This document shows positions 26,401 through 40,658 of a stretch of DNA of 64,000 bases, piece after piece; the first letter of the stretch is position 1; every line of letters starts with the position of its first letter. Source of the stretch: Geosiphon pyriformis uo1 (taxonomy: Eukaryota > Fungi > Glomeromycota); assembly GCA_016748015.1 (NCBI GenBank), contig JAAOMT010000518.1, positions 445,556-509,555 of the forward strand, given 5' to 3'. The position numbers were made by a program, and so were the translations under genes. The notes below the pieces were generated by a model that saw only the letters and a list, made by a program, of their open reading frames with translations, ran no database searches and had not been told where the DNA came from.

Positions 26401-28125
26401 GTTACGGAGCTACTCTAGCTCTCGGTATATCATGTGCTGGAACAGGATTGTCGGTTAGCTTTTGTTTTCAATTCGTGATTTTTATTGTTTTGAAGTAATT
26501 TATTGCCCGTAAACAAATGTCACAGACGGTTGGATTAATCCTAGGAAGCAATTGACTTACTTGAGCCTATGACGAAAGATCCAGTTGATTACGTACGACA
26601 AGGAGCATTCATTTCTCTAGCCATGATTTTGATACAACAAAATGATACAACAAATCCTAAGGTTTGAGAAATATATTTTACGGAATTTGAAAATATTAAT
26701 TTATTAACGAGTTTACTTTATTCAGGTATCTGCTACCCGAAAATTATATGAAAAAATAATAGCGGACAAACATGAAGATGCAATGGCAAAGTTCGGAGCA
26801 GTTCTTGGCCAAGGCATTATAGACGCTGGTATTGATTTCTGTCAAGTCTGGATGTTAAGACTGATCTTTAATATGCTAGACATATAATACTGGTTCTTTG
26901 CATCTTAAATAATTAGGAGGACGAAATGTCACAATTTCGTTGCAGTCTCGATCTGGTCACTCTAATATGCCTGCTATCGTTGGAATGGCTGTATTTACCC
27001 AATTTTGGTATTGGTTTCCTTTAACACATTTCCTGAGCTTATCTTTCACCCCAACTGCTATCATCGGCTTGAACAAAGATTTGAAGGTAAACCTTAAAAC
27101 TAGAACAAACCATTTCTTATACTGTTTACTAATGATGTTCATATTGTAATCTTTTTAGATCCCTAAATTCGAATTTATATCAAATGCTAAACACTCGTTA
27201 TTCGCTTATCCCGCGACTACAAAGCCACCAACAACAAATGTCGTAGAAAAGGTAATTTTATGAAGTCACTAAATATTTGTTTCATCCCAAAACAGACGTC
27301 GAACAAAGATTATATAATCCTGGTTTTCCACCATTTCTCCTAAAAAATTAAACTTGATATAAAGATTTCATATTAAACTGATATATTCCCATATTGATGA
27401 ATTCATCTTTTTCTAAAGGTCGCAACTGCTGTCCTGTCAACAACGGCCAAAGCCAAGGCAAGAGCAAAAAAGTCGGAAAAAGAAAAAGGGAATGAAAATG
27501 CCGATGCTATGGATACGGTAATTTAAGAAGACAATCTTGAAATTTCTTCGCTTATTTCAAAATTCATTTGATCTACAACTGCATTATTTTCAGGACGAAA
27601 GAAAGGACGATATCAAGAAAGAGGAGGAAAAGGTGTGGATACTATTTACGATACATATTCCCATCTAGACTTTTTTATTTGATGGCCATATTTGTTTAGG
27701 AGGAGCCCAAAGACGATAAGAAGGGTAAAAAGAAAAAAGAGGATGCTTTCGAAGTTCTTGAAAATATGGCTCGAGTATTACCCACCCAATTGCAATACAT
27801 ATCGTTTAAAGAAGAATCGCGTTATGTGCCTGTCAAGAAGGTATGACAATATTATGATCTACCCATTCATACATAGATCATTTTTACTAATCAAATTTGA
27901 GATCCTTTAGGGAATTGTCGGAGGAATCTTGATGATGATTGATAAAAGGCCAGAAGAAAGAGAAGAATTGATTTCGCCTAGTGCACCTGTTGGTAAGCGA
28001 AACACTTTTATAGTAATATTTGAAACAACATAAGCATATATTAATCACTTTTTTAATTAGCTAATGAAACTAACGAAGAGGAGGCTGCTCCTCCAGAACC
28101 CTTTGAATACCCTTTTGATGATTAA
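23491..28125 (+). CDS. RPN2: 26S proteasome regulatory subunit Rpn2/PSMD1 (about 22 exons)
   Basis: Spliced translation [16 protein letters not shown]...[19 protein letters not shown]...LVASKVYYHLG. Contains PC repeats ([55 protein letters not shown]), [13 protein letters not shown] and C-terminal [11 protein letters not shown]. Introns are short GT-AG apart from one GC-AG. Confidence 0.97.
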
Positions 28126-28186
28126 TATTTTAAAACTTATTTAAAATGATGCCCGAACCTCAAAAAATCCAATAGATCCCAGACTT

Positions 28187-29751
28187 TTATTTTCTAAAGA
28201 ACTCTATCATGCACGAATTATAATGTAATAGCTCTTCTACCCTTGACCACTCCTTTTGATGCGTGTCCAAAATGGATCGTAGTTGATTTCCCAGCCCATC
28301 TGGGTTTTCAACTATTAAATCTCCATAAATCTTTAGGAAATGGTTCAAGTAGGCTTCACATAACTCGAAGTCCTTTTTCGAGGCGATACGAGATTCGATC
28401 GCGGTCAAAAACAATCTTAAATTTTGAAAATTATCATCCAAATTCACCGATCGAAATTCAAAGTCGATCGCGGATGGATTCAAGCTTTTCATAAAATCAA
28501 AGAATTCGGAATCTAAACCACTCATTAGTATTGAGTTTTCCCATTTTCTCATTCACATGCCTAAAAGGTTCGAGGAATTATACTTACAATCTCTCAGCGG
28601 TTCACACTTCTTTAGTATTAACGTTAACTCAGTTTCAATTCGAAGCTCTTTGGAACTTTTGATGATTTTAGTCACATCTTTGTCGTTACTTTTGACCTGG
28701 AATTCATTAACTGGCCCTGTGACGAATTTTGGGTTAACTCCAGGTAGGGTGGCCAAAAAAAATGGCGCCTTTTCCGGAATTTTTGGAGGCTCTTTTGGTT
28801 TATTACGTTTCTTTGAAAGAATTAAAAGTTTAATTAGGCAAAGAGTGTGATATAGCCAAATTTTAAAATTAGTAATACTTTAATTATCTCGAGATTCAAC
28901 AAATTTAGCCATTTCAATTTTGGCAGTGTTGACAAAGTGATCATTTCTTCCGTTAGTTGCTCAGGTGAAGCAAATGAAGTTTTGATATCAAGTTTCTCCA
29001 TTTCATCCATAAGATTTTCTAAAAACATCAATTGGTCACTGGTTAACTAGCAAGAATAACATATATTTCCAAAATATTTACCCTCAACATCACTATCCAC
29101 CCCAGATGTAGTGGGCAGTGAAATTTTAAAGCTTTCTTCGTCGGATACGCTTCGTAGTGAAATGTTACTGAATTGCGCCCGATTAGCCCTTAAATAAAGC
29201 AAAAAATTGAGAAATTCCTCGGTGATTTCTGATATATATATATATGAAAAGAAGGTTGCTCACCATAAAAATATACCCACATTATCGACGTGGGACGTAG
29301 CTAAGAAATCGCCAGTTGGTGAAAACGTGACGCTTGTAGCCACACTGTCTACTTGGAATACGTCAATCATGTGTCCTGATGGAAGATCCCAAGTACGAAT
29401 AGTGGAATCGAGTGAAGACGAAACAATCCAACGGCCATCCGAGTTGTAAGTCTGGGGTCAAAGTATATGAAACAGCTAAGAGTGAAATAATCGGGACCCC
29501 GCTGAAAGAATTGGAAACAATAAACAGCCTTAGCCTGATTTACAATGTCCGTGATTCTATTACGATGTCCCCAGAATTCTCTGATAATTTTATATGTCTC
29601 GACGTCGATCACCCGAATACACAGATCATCACTAACAATCGCCAGCAAGTTGCTATCTGTTTTTAGTTGAAGGTTTGTAATGGGTGACGCTATAATGATT
29701 GTGTTTGTAAGTGTGGCTGTTTGAATATCCCATATCTATCAAAAAAGCGAT

Positions 29752-29784
<33 letters not shown>

Positions 29785-32268
29785 GAAGTTTGCAATTTCA
29801 ATTGCAGAAAGAATCAAGTTTACCTTAACTGTGCCGTCTAGTGAGCTGCTAATGAGATATCTGTTAAGTGGATCACAAGCAAGGCCAGTTATCGATCTAG
29901 AATGCTCTAAATATTATGAGATATTTTGAAAAGGTTTTTATCAAAAAAACGACCAGAGTGAAATTTGTATTAACTTCCGGTTCCCCCAAAGGATTTTTTA
30001 TGTTGACCAGACTGCATATTGAACATGTCGATATAACCGTTGGATGATCCTATAAAACCATGGTTACCACATGGACTGATAGTAGCAACCTTTAAATTTT
30101 TTTACAATCGTATTCTGTTTAGGATAATCCGAATGGAATGTCTTCAAAGGCAAAATATTTTCTACTCACTTTGGCATTTGATCCATCAAGGGGAACGAAT
30201 ACATGATTGCCTATGGCTTTTTTATGAAAAGACCAAGTACGTGCTCCATAAGTATTTAGATGACAAGAAATGATATTGTCCCATTCCAACTGTTTCGATC
30301 CAGCTGAAAACCAATAAGTATGAAGTCAGGTGTCAATTACGTTAGACGTTAGAAAAAGAGAAATATTCTAACTTACCATAAGAAATGTGTATGATTTGTG
30401 GTAGCTTCATATCATCATGTTTTAACTCTAGATTTTTAGATTTTTTACTTAATGATCCTAAAAAAGTGATAAAGAATTTTATAGATTCGCAAATTTCGAG
30501 TATGATTATAGTCATAAGAAAAAAACACATAGGTCAATATATCACCAACCTTGTGACAATTCGACACTTTGAGAATCACGGACCACAGAAAAAGCTCTTA
30601 AAGATTTATCCCTGGCTGCACTTAATATAAAATGTCCATTGTTATCACAATATCGAATGGTAGTTGGTGGGGCATGATGACCGCTTCTGGATTTGAGCAT
30701 GCGAGGCAATCCATCTGTCCCATCAAATATCCATTCCTAAGAAGAGGATAAATAAGTTTTTCATTTTATAGAGGAAGAATCTAAACTAAAACATAAGCGA
30801 GAATCACTACCTTGACTGAATTGTCGTTTCCAGATGTAATCAGTATGGGTTGCCCATTCAGGAATTGTATCGATGGAATCAAACCATCATGAGCTCCTTT
30901 CATAAGATGAAATAAAGATTTCTTTTCTAAATCCCATAAAGCTATGTCACCGTAAATATTAGCAGTTGCCATTATGTGTAAATCATCTAGTAAACAAAAA
31001 ATTCCATATTATAGTGCGGAATTTTTCAGCCTTTTGTTTGAATATTGAAAAACTTTTTAGTGATGACACATACCAGTCCTAAAAGATATAGAAGTTACAT
31101 GGCCTTCTTGTGAATAAGTTGTGATACGCTCATCAGCTTTGATGTGATGCAGTATGATGGTCCCATCAAGCAAGCCGATTGCGATAACATCAACAACCGG
31201 TGATTGGGTGAGACATGTTATTGGGGATCCAAAGGAGGCAAACGAATAAATTATTTTACTAGGTATATATTATGTGATATTAGCTTAAAGACAAGATCAA
31301 ATACGAATGGAACATTGTTGATCATGCTCTTTACTTTGTGCGAATGTTCCAAATTTGCATGGTTCCTTGGGTACTACCCAATAATATTTTATCCAAATAT
31401 GTGTGCGGATGCACGATTGTCGATAAAGTAAACGATGAATCAAACTGTATCTCACTATATAATTCTAAGAAAACAAATATTAATTAGATTCGGAAAAGAA
31501 TCGAATCATCAAAAAATTCAGGAAATAAAGAGACCTTACCACCCAACTTATGATTCCATATTATGAGGGTATTGGTGTCACTGAGCGCCAAGAGAAAATG
31601 ACTCAATACTGTCAAAGAAAATATGCTCCCATGATCATTGCTGAGGAATCGAGTGATCTGCCGTTTCATTGAAAGAAAATAGATCAATACATAGCGTAAG
31701 CCCGCCGATCTATAATCTCATCTATCACTAATTGCCCAAGAAGTACCTCTTTTGCCCTATTGAAAACGATCACCTCTTTGCCGCAAGCTACAAACGTAAG
31801 ATCATTGAGTGAAGCAATGGCTGTAATCGTCACATGTGTTTGAGGTCCTATTTTTCAAACATGTGAAATCAATTCGATTAATTAAAGCTCAAGTGGCATT
31901 AGCCGTTAAAAGGACAAAGGCCTACCTACAAACAATAGGTTCAGTTTTGTGCACTAAATCCCTCAATATATTTTAGTTGGAAAATATCGAAATTAATAAA
32001 ATTCTTTATTATGAATCAAAAATGGACTACATACATCGTAAATATGAAAACTGTTCCCCACACAAGTGGTAAGAAAGAAGGCGGTGCCTCTAGCTTGAAG
32101 GCTAAATGCAATGTCATTAGTAACATAACCAATTGCACGAAATGGTTGAAATAATCTTGGTAAGGGGACTTGTGCTGTCTTCGGTAAGCTATTACTAGAA
32201 ATTGCAAACGGTTTTGTTTTTCTTTTCTTATGGGAGGAGACAGCTACAAATTCCAGAGATTCTAACAT
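28187..32268 (-). CDS. UTP21: U3 snoRNP/SSU processome WD40 protein Utp21 (WDR36), multi-exon
   Basis: N-terminal RLFQPFRAIGYVTND, WD40 repeats (LITSGNDNSVK, RSRSGHHAPP, REFWGHRNRITD, SSSLDSTIRTWDLPSG), and a Utp21 C-terminal domain (ITLSTLPKLKWLNLLNLEIIK, PPKIPEKAPFFL, KKDFELCEAYL). Confidence 0.95.
29753..29782. repeat. (TAA)10 microsatellite in a UTP21 intron
   Basis: Read directly from the sequence. Confidence 0.9.
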
Positions 32269-32614
32269 TATGGGCTTGAAATTTTAGTCAAATTCAAATT
32301 CTGCGATTTTTTATATAGAATATTCTGGAAGTCAGATTTAAATTTCGCTGACTAATCATGACTAGTCTTTAAGAACCGATGAAAAGATTTTATCATTACT
32401 GTATTTCTCAAATAATTGCTTGGAAAATTTATAAAAAACCTAGGTGTATATTTTTATTTGGATATAAATATGTTTTTATATATTTTAGTCTTTTGTTATA
32501 ACTATTACAATTATTAAATTAAAATATTAATTAAAATATTAATTTCATTTAAATTAATGTATTATTAACATTTAAAATATATGCAAAAGACTTTTTATTA
32601 AAAAAAACTATATA

Positions 32615-34806
32615 CAGTCAGACCTCCATAAAAGAACCCTCGATAAAAGAACAACCTCTTACAAAGAACATTTTTTTATAGAACCAAATGATTAATTAAC
32701 AATTTTCCCTCTATAAAGGAACAAGAACATAATTTTATCAAACGTTTATTCGAAATTTACCTTCATATAAGAACAAATATCACGTGCTAGATGTTAATTG
32801 GTAATTGGGAAAAGAGTTAGAACGTATTGAATTGATTTCATCCAATTCAGGCTTGCTAAAACCAAATCTAATATTATCATTATAGGCACATTTTCTAACA
32901 GACTTGCTAAATTATCACAATGTCGGAACCTTTATTCAAAAAACAAAAATGAGCAGCAGTTAATGATGCTCTTCATAAAGAAATTTGTCAATATTCCAAA
33001 CATCACTATGGCACGAAACATGATGATATTGTAGCTTACTTTAATCATAAATATCCAGAACTTCATATTTCTCGTCCAACTGTCTCCAAGATAATCAAAG
33101 AGCATGCAAAGTGGTTGAATATTGAAATTGATGAAATTGATGAAAGATCTATTCGACACAAAAGCGTTAAATTTCCATTATTAGACCAAGCTTTAAGTTA
33201 TTGGGTAGAAAACAAGTAACTACAACCACTATCGAATTCAATGATCAACTAATTAAAGAAAAAGGAAAAGAATTTGCCAAACTTCTTGGTATGCACGAAA
33301 ATGAAATGCAATTCTCAAATGGATGGGTTCAAAAATTCAAAAAACGAAACCAATTATGTGTTTACCGATTTCATGGTGAGGCAGGAAGTGTATCAACTGA
33401 AAGTTTACCAGAAGAACAAAGAAAATTAAAAACCATTATATCCGAATTTGATCCTGCTGACATATATAATGCTGATGAAACAGGATTATTTTTTCGTATG
33501 GGACCAAATCAAACACTTGCAAAATGTTGAAATGTAGGAAAACAATCGATATATTATACTTACCAATTGTTATCGTTATATATTATTGTTATATTAAATT
33601 AATTGGGTTTTTTATAGGATAAATCTTGGATTACAATTCTTCTTGCTACAAATTCAACTGGATCTCACAAATTGCAACCTTTAGTAATTGGACATGCAAA
33701 AAATCCAAGATGCTTTAAAGGAATTAATACTTCTAACCTACCTATGATTTACAAATTCAATTCCAAAGCATGGATGCGCTCAGATATATGGAAAGCATGG
33801 CTCAAATATATAAATAAAGGGTTTCGAATTCAAAATCGGCATATATTACTTTTGGTTGATAATGCAACTTCTCATCATACTCAAATCGGGAAAGATTCAT
33901 TCCAATTAACCAATATTACTTTGCACTATTTTACTTCAAATAGTACATCACATCTTCAACCAATGGATGCTGGCATTATCAAATCTTTCAAAGGCAAATA
34001 TAAGCACTTATATTTTCAACATATTTTACATCAATTTGAACAAAAAATTAATATTGAACAGTTAAGTAATATAATATATACAGTATTATTATCATTATAT
34101 AATATATAATTTTATCTAATATTAATTTATTTTTTAGAAATAAATTAAACATAAAACAAGCAATTGATTATGCTGTTCAATCATGGTTTCAAGTAATATC
34201 TGTTACAATTCAAAACTGTTGGCAAAAAACGGATATTCTTTTCTATAATAAAGAATTAGAAATTCAAGAATCCGAAACATCAATTGCTATGAATATATTC
34301 AACAATTTACCATCAAATGCGCAACAATTGGTCAAAAATCTCGAAGATTATACTGTAACAGTTGATGGATTATTGGCAACTGAAAATATTCTTGATGATA
34401 ATGAAATTGTAAATATAGTTTTAGCCGATGCTCAAATTGAAACCAATACAATTAATGACTCAGAAGAATTAGAAAAATCTCCATCTGCTTTAATTACAAT
34501 TACAGAAGCATATGAAGCATTAAAAAAGGTAATTAGATTTGAAGAGCAATTAGCAAAAGAAAATTTTATAGAAAACCAAATTTTACTTAGAAAAAAATTA
34601 TATGATTACGAAAAAATGAAGGAAAATTCTAAAAAACAGGTAACAATTAATCAATATTTTAATAACAATAATAATATAATTGATTGATTGATTTAATAAA
34701 TAAATATAGTTTATTTGATAATAATATAAAACTCTATAATAGAACACCTTTAAAATAGAACATAATTTGCATGTTCTAACTGTGTTCTTTTATAGAGATC
34801 TGACTG
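32615..34806 (+). mobile_element. pogo/Tigger-like (Tc1/mariner superfamily) DNA transposon
   Basis: 23-bp TIRs CAGTCAGACCTCCATAAAAGAAC (32615-32637) and 34784-34806 with 2 mismatches. TA on both sides; subterminal ATAAAAGAAC-like repeats. Confidence 0.95.
32920..34687 (+). pseudogene. pogo-type transposase (CENP-B-like HTH plus DD35D), with introns, disrupted
   Basis: FSNGWVQKFKKR, YNADETGLF, LLLVDNATSH and LQPMDAGII, with 35 residues between the 2nd and 3rd Asp. TGA at codon 11, a frameshift at ~33210 and a stop at 33528. Introns end at 33617 and span 34061-34137. Confidence 0.9.
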
Positions 34807-35075
34807 TATAAGTATTTGTAAAGCTCAAAAATGTAATTGTAAATATATAAAACAAATAAATATTGTTACAAAAGTAGAATATAATATTTAAATAAAATTT
34901 TTTATAAAAAAAATTGTTTAAATTAAAAAAAATTGTTAATTATGTTTTTAAAATAATATTTTTAATATATATAAATTATTATTAAATAAATTTTAATATA
35001 TTAATTTTTAATAATTATATTGTTAAAATTTTTATTAAAATAATTGTTTTTTAAGTATTTGTTTTTTAATAATAC

Positions 35076-35560
35076 TTTTTTTTTAATAAGTACAATCCAA
35101 CTATTATTTAATATAAAAAAACAAACTAAGTAATCTTAACTAAATATAACTTATATGTTTATTACATATAACCAGTTATTCAGCTTAATTAAAACAATAT
35201 TATACATTTATACAAACTTTTACACTATTGTTTATATTCAAAAAAACAAAAAAGTTTTATATAATCCAAAATTAACAGCAAATAACTCTATAATACTTAG
35301 TAAATAAACTATTTCAATTAATAAAAAACTAAACAAACTATAAGAAACATTGAACAATATCTTTTTATTATTTATTAAACCACTTTTCTCTATCTCTATT
35401 CTGAATTTAGACTTAAATATTCACAATTTACTATAATGTTTTTCAGCCAAATAATGAATAAAATTAATTATTATTAATACTGTCTTCTTTTTATCATTAA
35501 AAATCAATACTATTTTATTAATTTAATCTTTAAAAATAAAATTTTTGCACAAAATTGTAT
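35076..35560 (-). mobile_element. Decayed 3' end of a LINE related to 13389-21231
   Basis: tacatataaccagttattcagcttaattaaaacaatattatac aligns to tacacgtaaccagccactcgggccaatcaggacaacactacac (~13483-13525). T-run tail at ~35076-35084. Confidence 0.6.
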
Positions 35561-37487
35561 TATTATAATTAAAACTCATAGTTTTTATTAATTATCATAT
35601 GTATTAGCCACTAATGTCATATAATTAGCCACTCTATTTTTAGATAGTAATTATTAATCTAATCAATAACTTAATTATTGACTTAATTAATAATTTAATT
35701 ATTGACTTAATTATTGATCTAATCATTAACTTAATTATTAACTTAATTAATAATTTAATTATTGACTTAATTATTGATCTAATTATTAACTTAATTATTA
35801 ACTTAATTATTAATCATTTTTAATAACTATATAAACAATGAATCTCTTAGCTGTAAAAAGATATAATCAAATATAAGAAATAACAACTATTATTTCAATT
35901 TTTCTTATATTATTTATTTTTCTTTTTTTATTTTCAAGTATTTGAATATCTTGAGATAAAAAATTATTTATTGGTATTTTTTTATTCTTTTTTTGATTCA
36001 TGTAATTATAGTATTTAAAAATTATTAAATAAAATATAATTGAAAAGCATATCTGATATTTGATATTAAATTCTAAAAGCATTAATATAAAACATAGAAT
36101 TATACCAGTGTATTATTATTTATTAACAATATAAACTATTTCTTTATTTTCAGATTCCTTAGTTATTTCTTGAAAAGAATAACAACTGAAATATTTTATA
36201 AGACTAATTTCATATATTAAATCTATAATTATTCAATTTACTTCTTAAAATTGAATTTTTTTTTGATTTATTCTATTATTATACAATTTTGTTCTCTTTT
36301 GCTATTCATTAACTTGTTACTTTAATTCATAACATAAAAGTGATGTTCTTTGTAAGGTTGTCAAAATTCACTTTGTTTCTTATTATATGAATAATTATTT
36401 ATATTTGTTACAACAATCAGAAAAACACTTTACAGCACATAACAGAAATAATCTAGATTTTATTAAATTCAATCTTCTGTTCTTTTGCTTAATTTGTTTT
36501 TTTAATGAAAAACAATCCAGTAAACAATTCCAAGATTTTTGGAATTGGTTTCTAAATAAGCATTTAGCTAAAACTTATATAATTTATATAATATATTTTT
36601 TGATCAAGTTTATTTTGAAAAAATCTTTAAAAAAAAAAACAACAACATCAATCAGTTTTTATACTCAATAATCTTTGAACAATAGTTTTCTGATTTCGAA
36701 TATTTGAATTACCAAATTCATATTTGAATTGTTGTTTACCAGTTAATTAAAACATTTTTTGAAACAGAAGAAAAAAATTACCAAACTGCTTCTGTTTTTA
36801 ATTTTTTTTTAAGTAAATTAGACTATTGTTACAGGTTGAAGTAACAAATTAATGAATAGCAAAGGAGAACAGAATTGTAGGGTGATGGAAATAATCAAAG
36901 AGAATTCAATTTCAAAGAGTGAATTGAATAAGTATGGATTCAATGTACAAAATCAGTTTTATAAAATATCTTAGTCACTATTTTTTTCAAAAGGTAATTG
37001 GGGAATCTGAAGGTAGAGGGATAGTTCATACTGTCAACAAATGATCACACTTGGTATAATTCTATGCCTCACATCAGTGTTTTTAGAATTTAATATCAAG
37101 TATCAGATGTGCTCTTCAGTCACATTTTATTCAATAATCTTCAAATACTACACTTATATATTTCAGGAAAAGAGTAAGAATTAACCAACAAGTAATCTTT
37201 TATTTCAAGATGTTTGGATACTTAAAGGTAGAAAAAGAGAAATTAGTGATAAGAGAATGATTGAGATAAAAGTTGTTATTTTATTTATTTTTGATTATTT
37301 TGAACATGCTTTTCTACAGCTAAGAAATTCATTACTTATATAGCTGTCAAAAGTGATCAATGATCAGGTCAATGATTAGGTCAATGATCACTATCTAAAA
37401 ATAGTGTGGCTAATTTATATGACATCAGTGACTAATACATGTGATAATTAATAAGAAGTATAAGTTTTAACCATAATATTATTCTTT

Positions 37488-38104
37488 TCAAAGAGATTGA
37501 GCTCTGGCAAAATCAAGCTATTTATGAGATAATTTATTTGAAGGGTTTTATCTAACTCAAAGCTAACTAGTTTGTTGAAGTCTTTTGTGGATAAGGTATA
37601 TAACACTTGAGGTGAAATGAGTTTTGTATTCAAAAGACCAAATCTTTGTATTAGAGTTTTGGCTCTTCTAGCAATAATTAAAACTTTGGAGACATCTAAC
37701 CATATAATGCCCAAAATTTCTGCTTGTATCTCTGAAGTTGTTTTCTTCATAAGTTTCATATCCTTTATGATTTCACCAAGACAACCATAGAGCTCTAATT
37801 GCCTTCCATATGACAAGTTTTTGTCTATGGATAAGATTTCTTGAAGTGTTTTTCCAATTGTGTTGAAAAGTAGGAGTATAGCTACTGTTATACTTTCCAA
37901 CAGATATTTATCCATTTTACTACCAATTTTTTCTCTTCTAGTAGTAGTTTTCTTTGGTTTAATAATAGTATGTGTTCCACTGTTATCAGTTATAATGGTT
38001 TGTTTTTCAATAATCAGAGTAGCATTTGGATAGTTTTTGATCCAATACTTATAGAAAGTATAGAAGGTGTTTTAAATGTTTTGATCCAAAAAATAATTGT
38101 TCAT
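37488..38104 (-). pseudogene. ORF3 of element D
   Basis: MNNYFLDQNI*...LYGCLGEII...ARRAKTLIQRFG...ISPQVLYTLSTKDFNKL. The terminal LDFARAQSL* lies in an adjacent frame just before the PPT. Confidence 0.65.
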
Positions 38105-39653
38105 GTCAGTTGAAGATACCTCTGTTTTGGGAATGGTGCATTTATTTATACTTGATTTTTGCTGATTATTTGAGTTAGTATTATCACAACAGACAGCCAA
38201 TCAGATTATTTATAATATTTCTTGAGTTGTGTACCATAAACAGGATGATTATTGAAGATTGTTCCAGATTGATCTTGAAGAATATAAGACCTATTGTTCA
38301 AAACTTTGTTGACTATAAAGGGTTCTTTCTATTAGCTAGAAAACTTATCACCATAAATATTGTTTCTGTCAAAATGATATTCTAGTACTAAGTCACCAAT
38401 ACTTAAAGAAAGTGTTTTATAGGTTTTCTTTTTCTTAAGCTTTTTTTGAAACTGTTTTATCTTTTCAAAAGCAATTATTCATGCTTTTACTAAGAAGTCA
38501 AGAATGGTACCAAGTCTTCTTTGCAAAATGTCTTTGTAATTTCCTATTGTGATCTCTTCAAAAGGTATTGTTTCAATATTAGTTTTTATTAATAGTGTTG
38601 CCATGTATTCATAGAGCAGATAAAAAGATTTATAACTTGTTATGTTATGATTCACAGTTCTATAAGCAAACAAAGCTGAAGCCAGTACTTTGTCCTATAA
38701 GTTTGTTTCTTCACTGGTTTTGGTTAGAGTTTCACATAGTGTTCTATTAAAACGTTCCACTAAACCATTTATTTGAGAGTGATAAGGGGAAAAAAGTTTA
38801 TGATGTATTCCCATTTTTCTACAAAGTTCTTCAACCAATGTACTGAAAAAAGCTCTTTTTCTATCAGATAAAAGTTCTTTGGGGCAGCCATGATGGCAAA
38901 TGATATCTTCATAAATGAAATTGGCTATTGAGACTGCTGTTTGGTCTGGGGTGGCTCTTGCTTCTATCCACTTTGTAAGATAGTTGATAGCTGTAATAAT
39001 GTATCTGTTGTTATCAGGAGTTATTGTTAAAAGTCCAACAACATCTATACCAATTATGTCAAATGGTTGACCAACAAAGATTGGATGGATATCTTCTTTG
39101 TGATTGGATTTATCTTTTCTTTGGCAGATGTTACAGGTTTTGATGTATTTAGTCTTTTTCTAAGGTAGGCCAATAATAGCAAGCTAAAGTTTTCTGAATT
39201 GTCTTTGTTTTTCCAAAGTGTCCAGCTAATGAGTCAGTGTGCATGTTGTATATTACAATTTCTTTTTTTTCAAATCTGATGACTTTCTAGAAATGGTCAG
39301 GATCTTTTTTGTTTCTTTTGTATAATTGGTTCTGGCAGATCAAATAGAAATTTGATTGTTTTTGCAAATGTTCTCTTTGCTGTTGAGTGTATTTTGGTGG
39401 GTATTGTCCTTTACCCAAAAATTCCATTAAGGCAGAGTAGTTGTTCAAGTCCATTATCGTGTTTGTTTGTGAAGAAATTACTAATAATTAATTTGGTTTG
39501 GTTTGAGAAGTTGTACTATCACTGGATGGTAAGTCTAGAGAAAGTGTCAGCATTTTAATGATTTGCTCCTTTGTAGTGTTGAATATTATAGTCAAATTCA
39601 TCCAAGTGGAGTATTCAGCAAGTTATTTGTTTGTGTTTCAGCTTCTTTTTATT

Positions 39654-40658
39654 TCACAGCCAAACCAAGACTTGATAATCTGTTACCATTAAGAATTTTG
39701 CACCAAAAAGATATTGATCCCAGTAGCTAGTAGCCCAAACTACTGCTAAACATTCTTGTTCAGTAATTGAATAGTTCTTTTCTGCTGGTGTAAAGAATCT
39801 ACTAACATATGCTATGGCATGTTCTCTGCCATTTTCATCTTTCTGTGAAAGGACAGCATTAAGTCTATAGCCAGATGTATCAGTATAGAGAATAAAAAGT
39901 TGGTCCAGATCAGGTTGCTTAAGAATTGGTTTAGTAACAAGTTTTTCCTTCAGAATTTTAAAAGCTTTTTGTTGATGAGTGCCCCAGTGATAATTGACAT
40001 TTTTTCTGAGTAGCTGATTGAGAAAAAAAGCAATTTTGAAGAAATCCTTGATAAATTTGTAATAGTAAGAAGCCAAACCAAGAAAAGAGCATAGTTCAGA
40101 AACATTCATTGGTTGTCTAATGTTCTGAACTTTTTCAACTTTAGCTGGGTCAGAGAAGATTCCATTTTTTGTAATAAGATGACCAAGAAACTGGGTAGAT
40201 TGGTGTCCAAAGAAAAATTTAATTGGGTTGATCTTAAGACCAGCATTTCTGAGCAGGTCAAAAATCTTCTGTAAATGTTCAAGGTGTTCATTCCAGATTT
40301 TTGAATATACTATTATGTCATCCAAGTAAACCAGAACAAAGTTTTTTTTTACTGATTCAAATACTTTATCCATTAGGCGTTGAAAGGTGAGAGGAGCATT
40401 GGTAAGACCAAAAGACATGACTGTGAATTCATAGATGCCATACTTGGTAATGAAAGCAGTTTTCTTTCTGCTTTCTAGATCCATCTTTACTTGCCAGAAT
40501 TCAGCAGTTAAGTCAATAATTAAGAAGAAAGCAGCACCATTAAATTTATCTAGCATTGCATCAATTTTGGGAAGTGGATACATGTCTCTTATAGTGATAG
40601 TATTTAGTTGGCAGTAGTCAACACAAAAGCATAAGGTTTTATCTTTCTTGAATACCAC
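39654..40658 (-). pseudogene. RT-RNase H fragment of element D
   Basis: FCVDY, IDLTAEFWQV, FGLTNAP, VYLDD, FLGH, LYTDTS, ECLAVVWA. Confidence 0.92.

Noticed and set aside
32340-32432. PAC/RRPE ribosome-biogenesis motifs upstream of UTP21
   Set aside because: Only loose matches (gatgaaaagatttt, ggaaaattt) in AT-rich DNA.
33201-34687. Domesticated CENP-B/Abp1-like host gene
   Set aside because: It has stops and a frameshift and is bounded by TIRs with a TA TSD.
37448-37915. env gene, or an ORF reading into U3 like nef
   Set aside because: No signal peptide, furin site or clear transmembrane anchor. Read-through into the LTR is better explained by a frameshift, since the conserved DFARAQ end lies in the adjacent frame.
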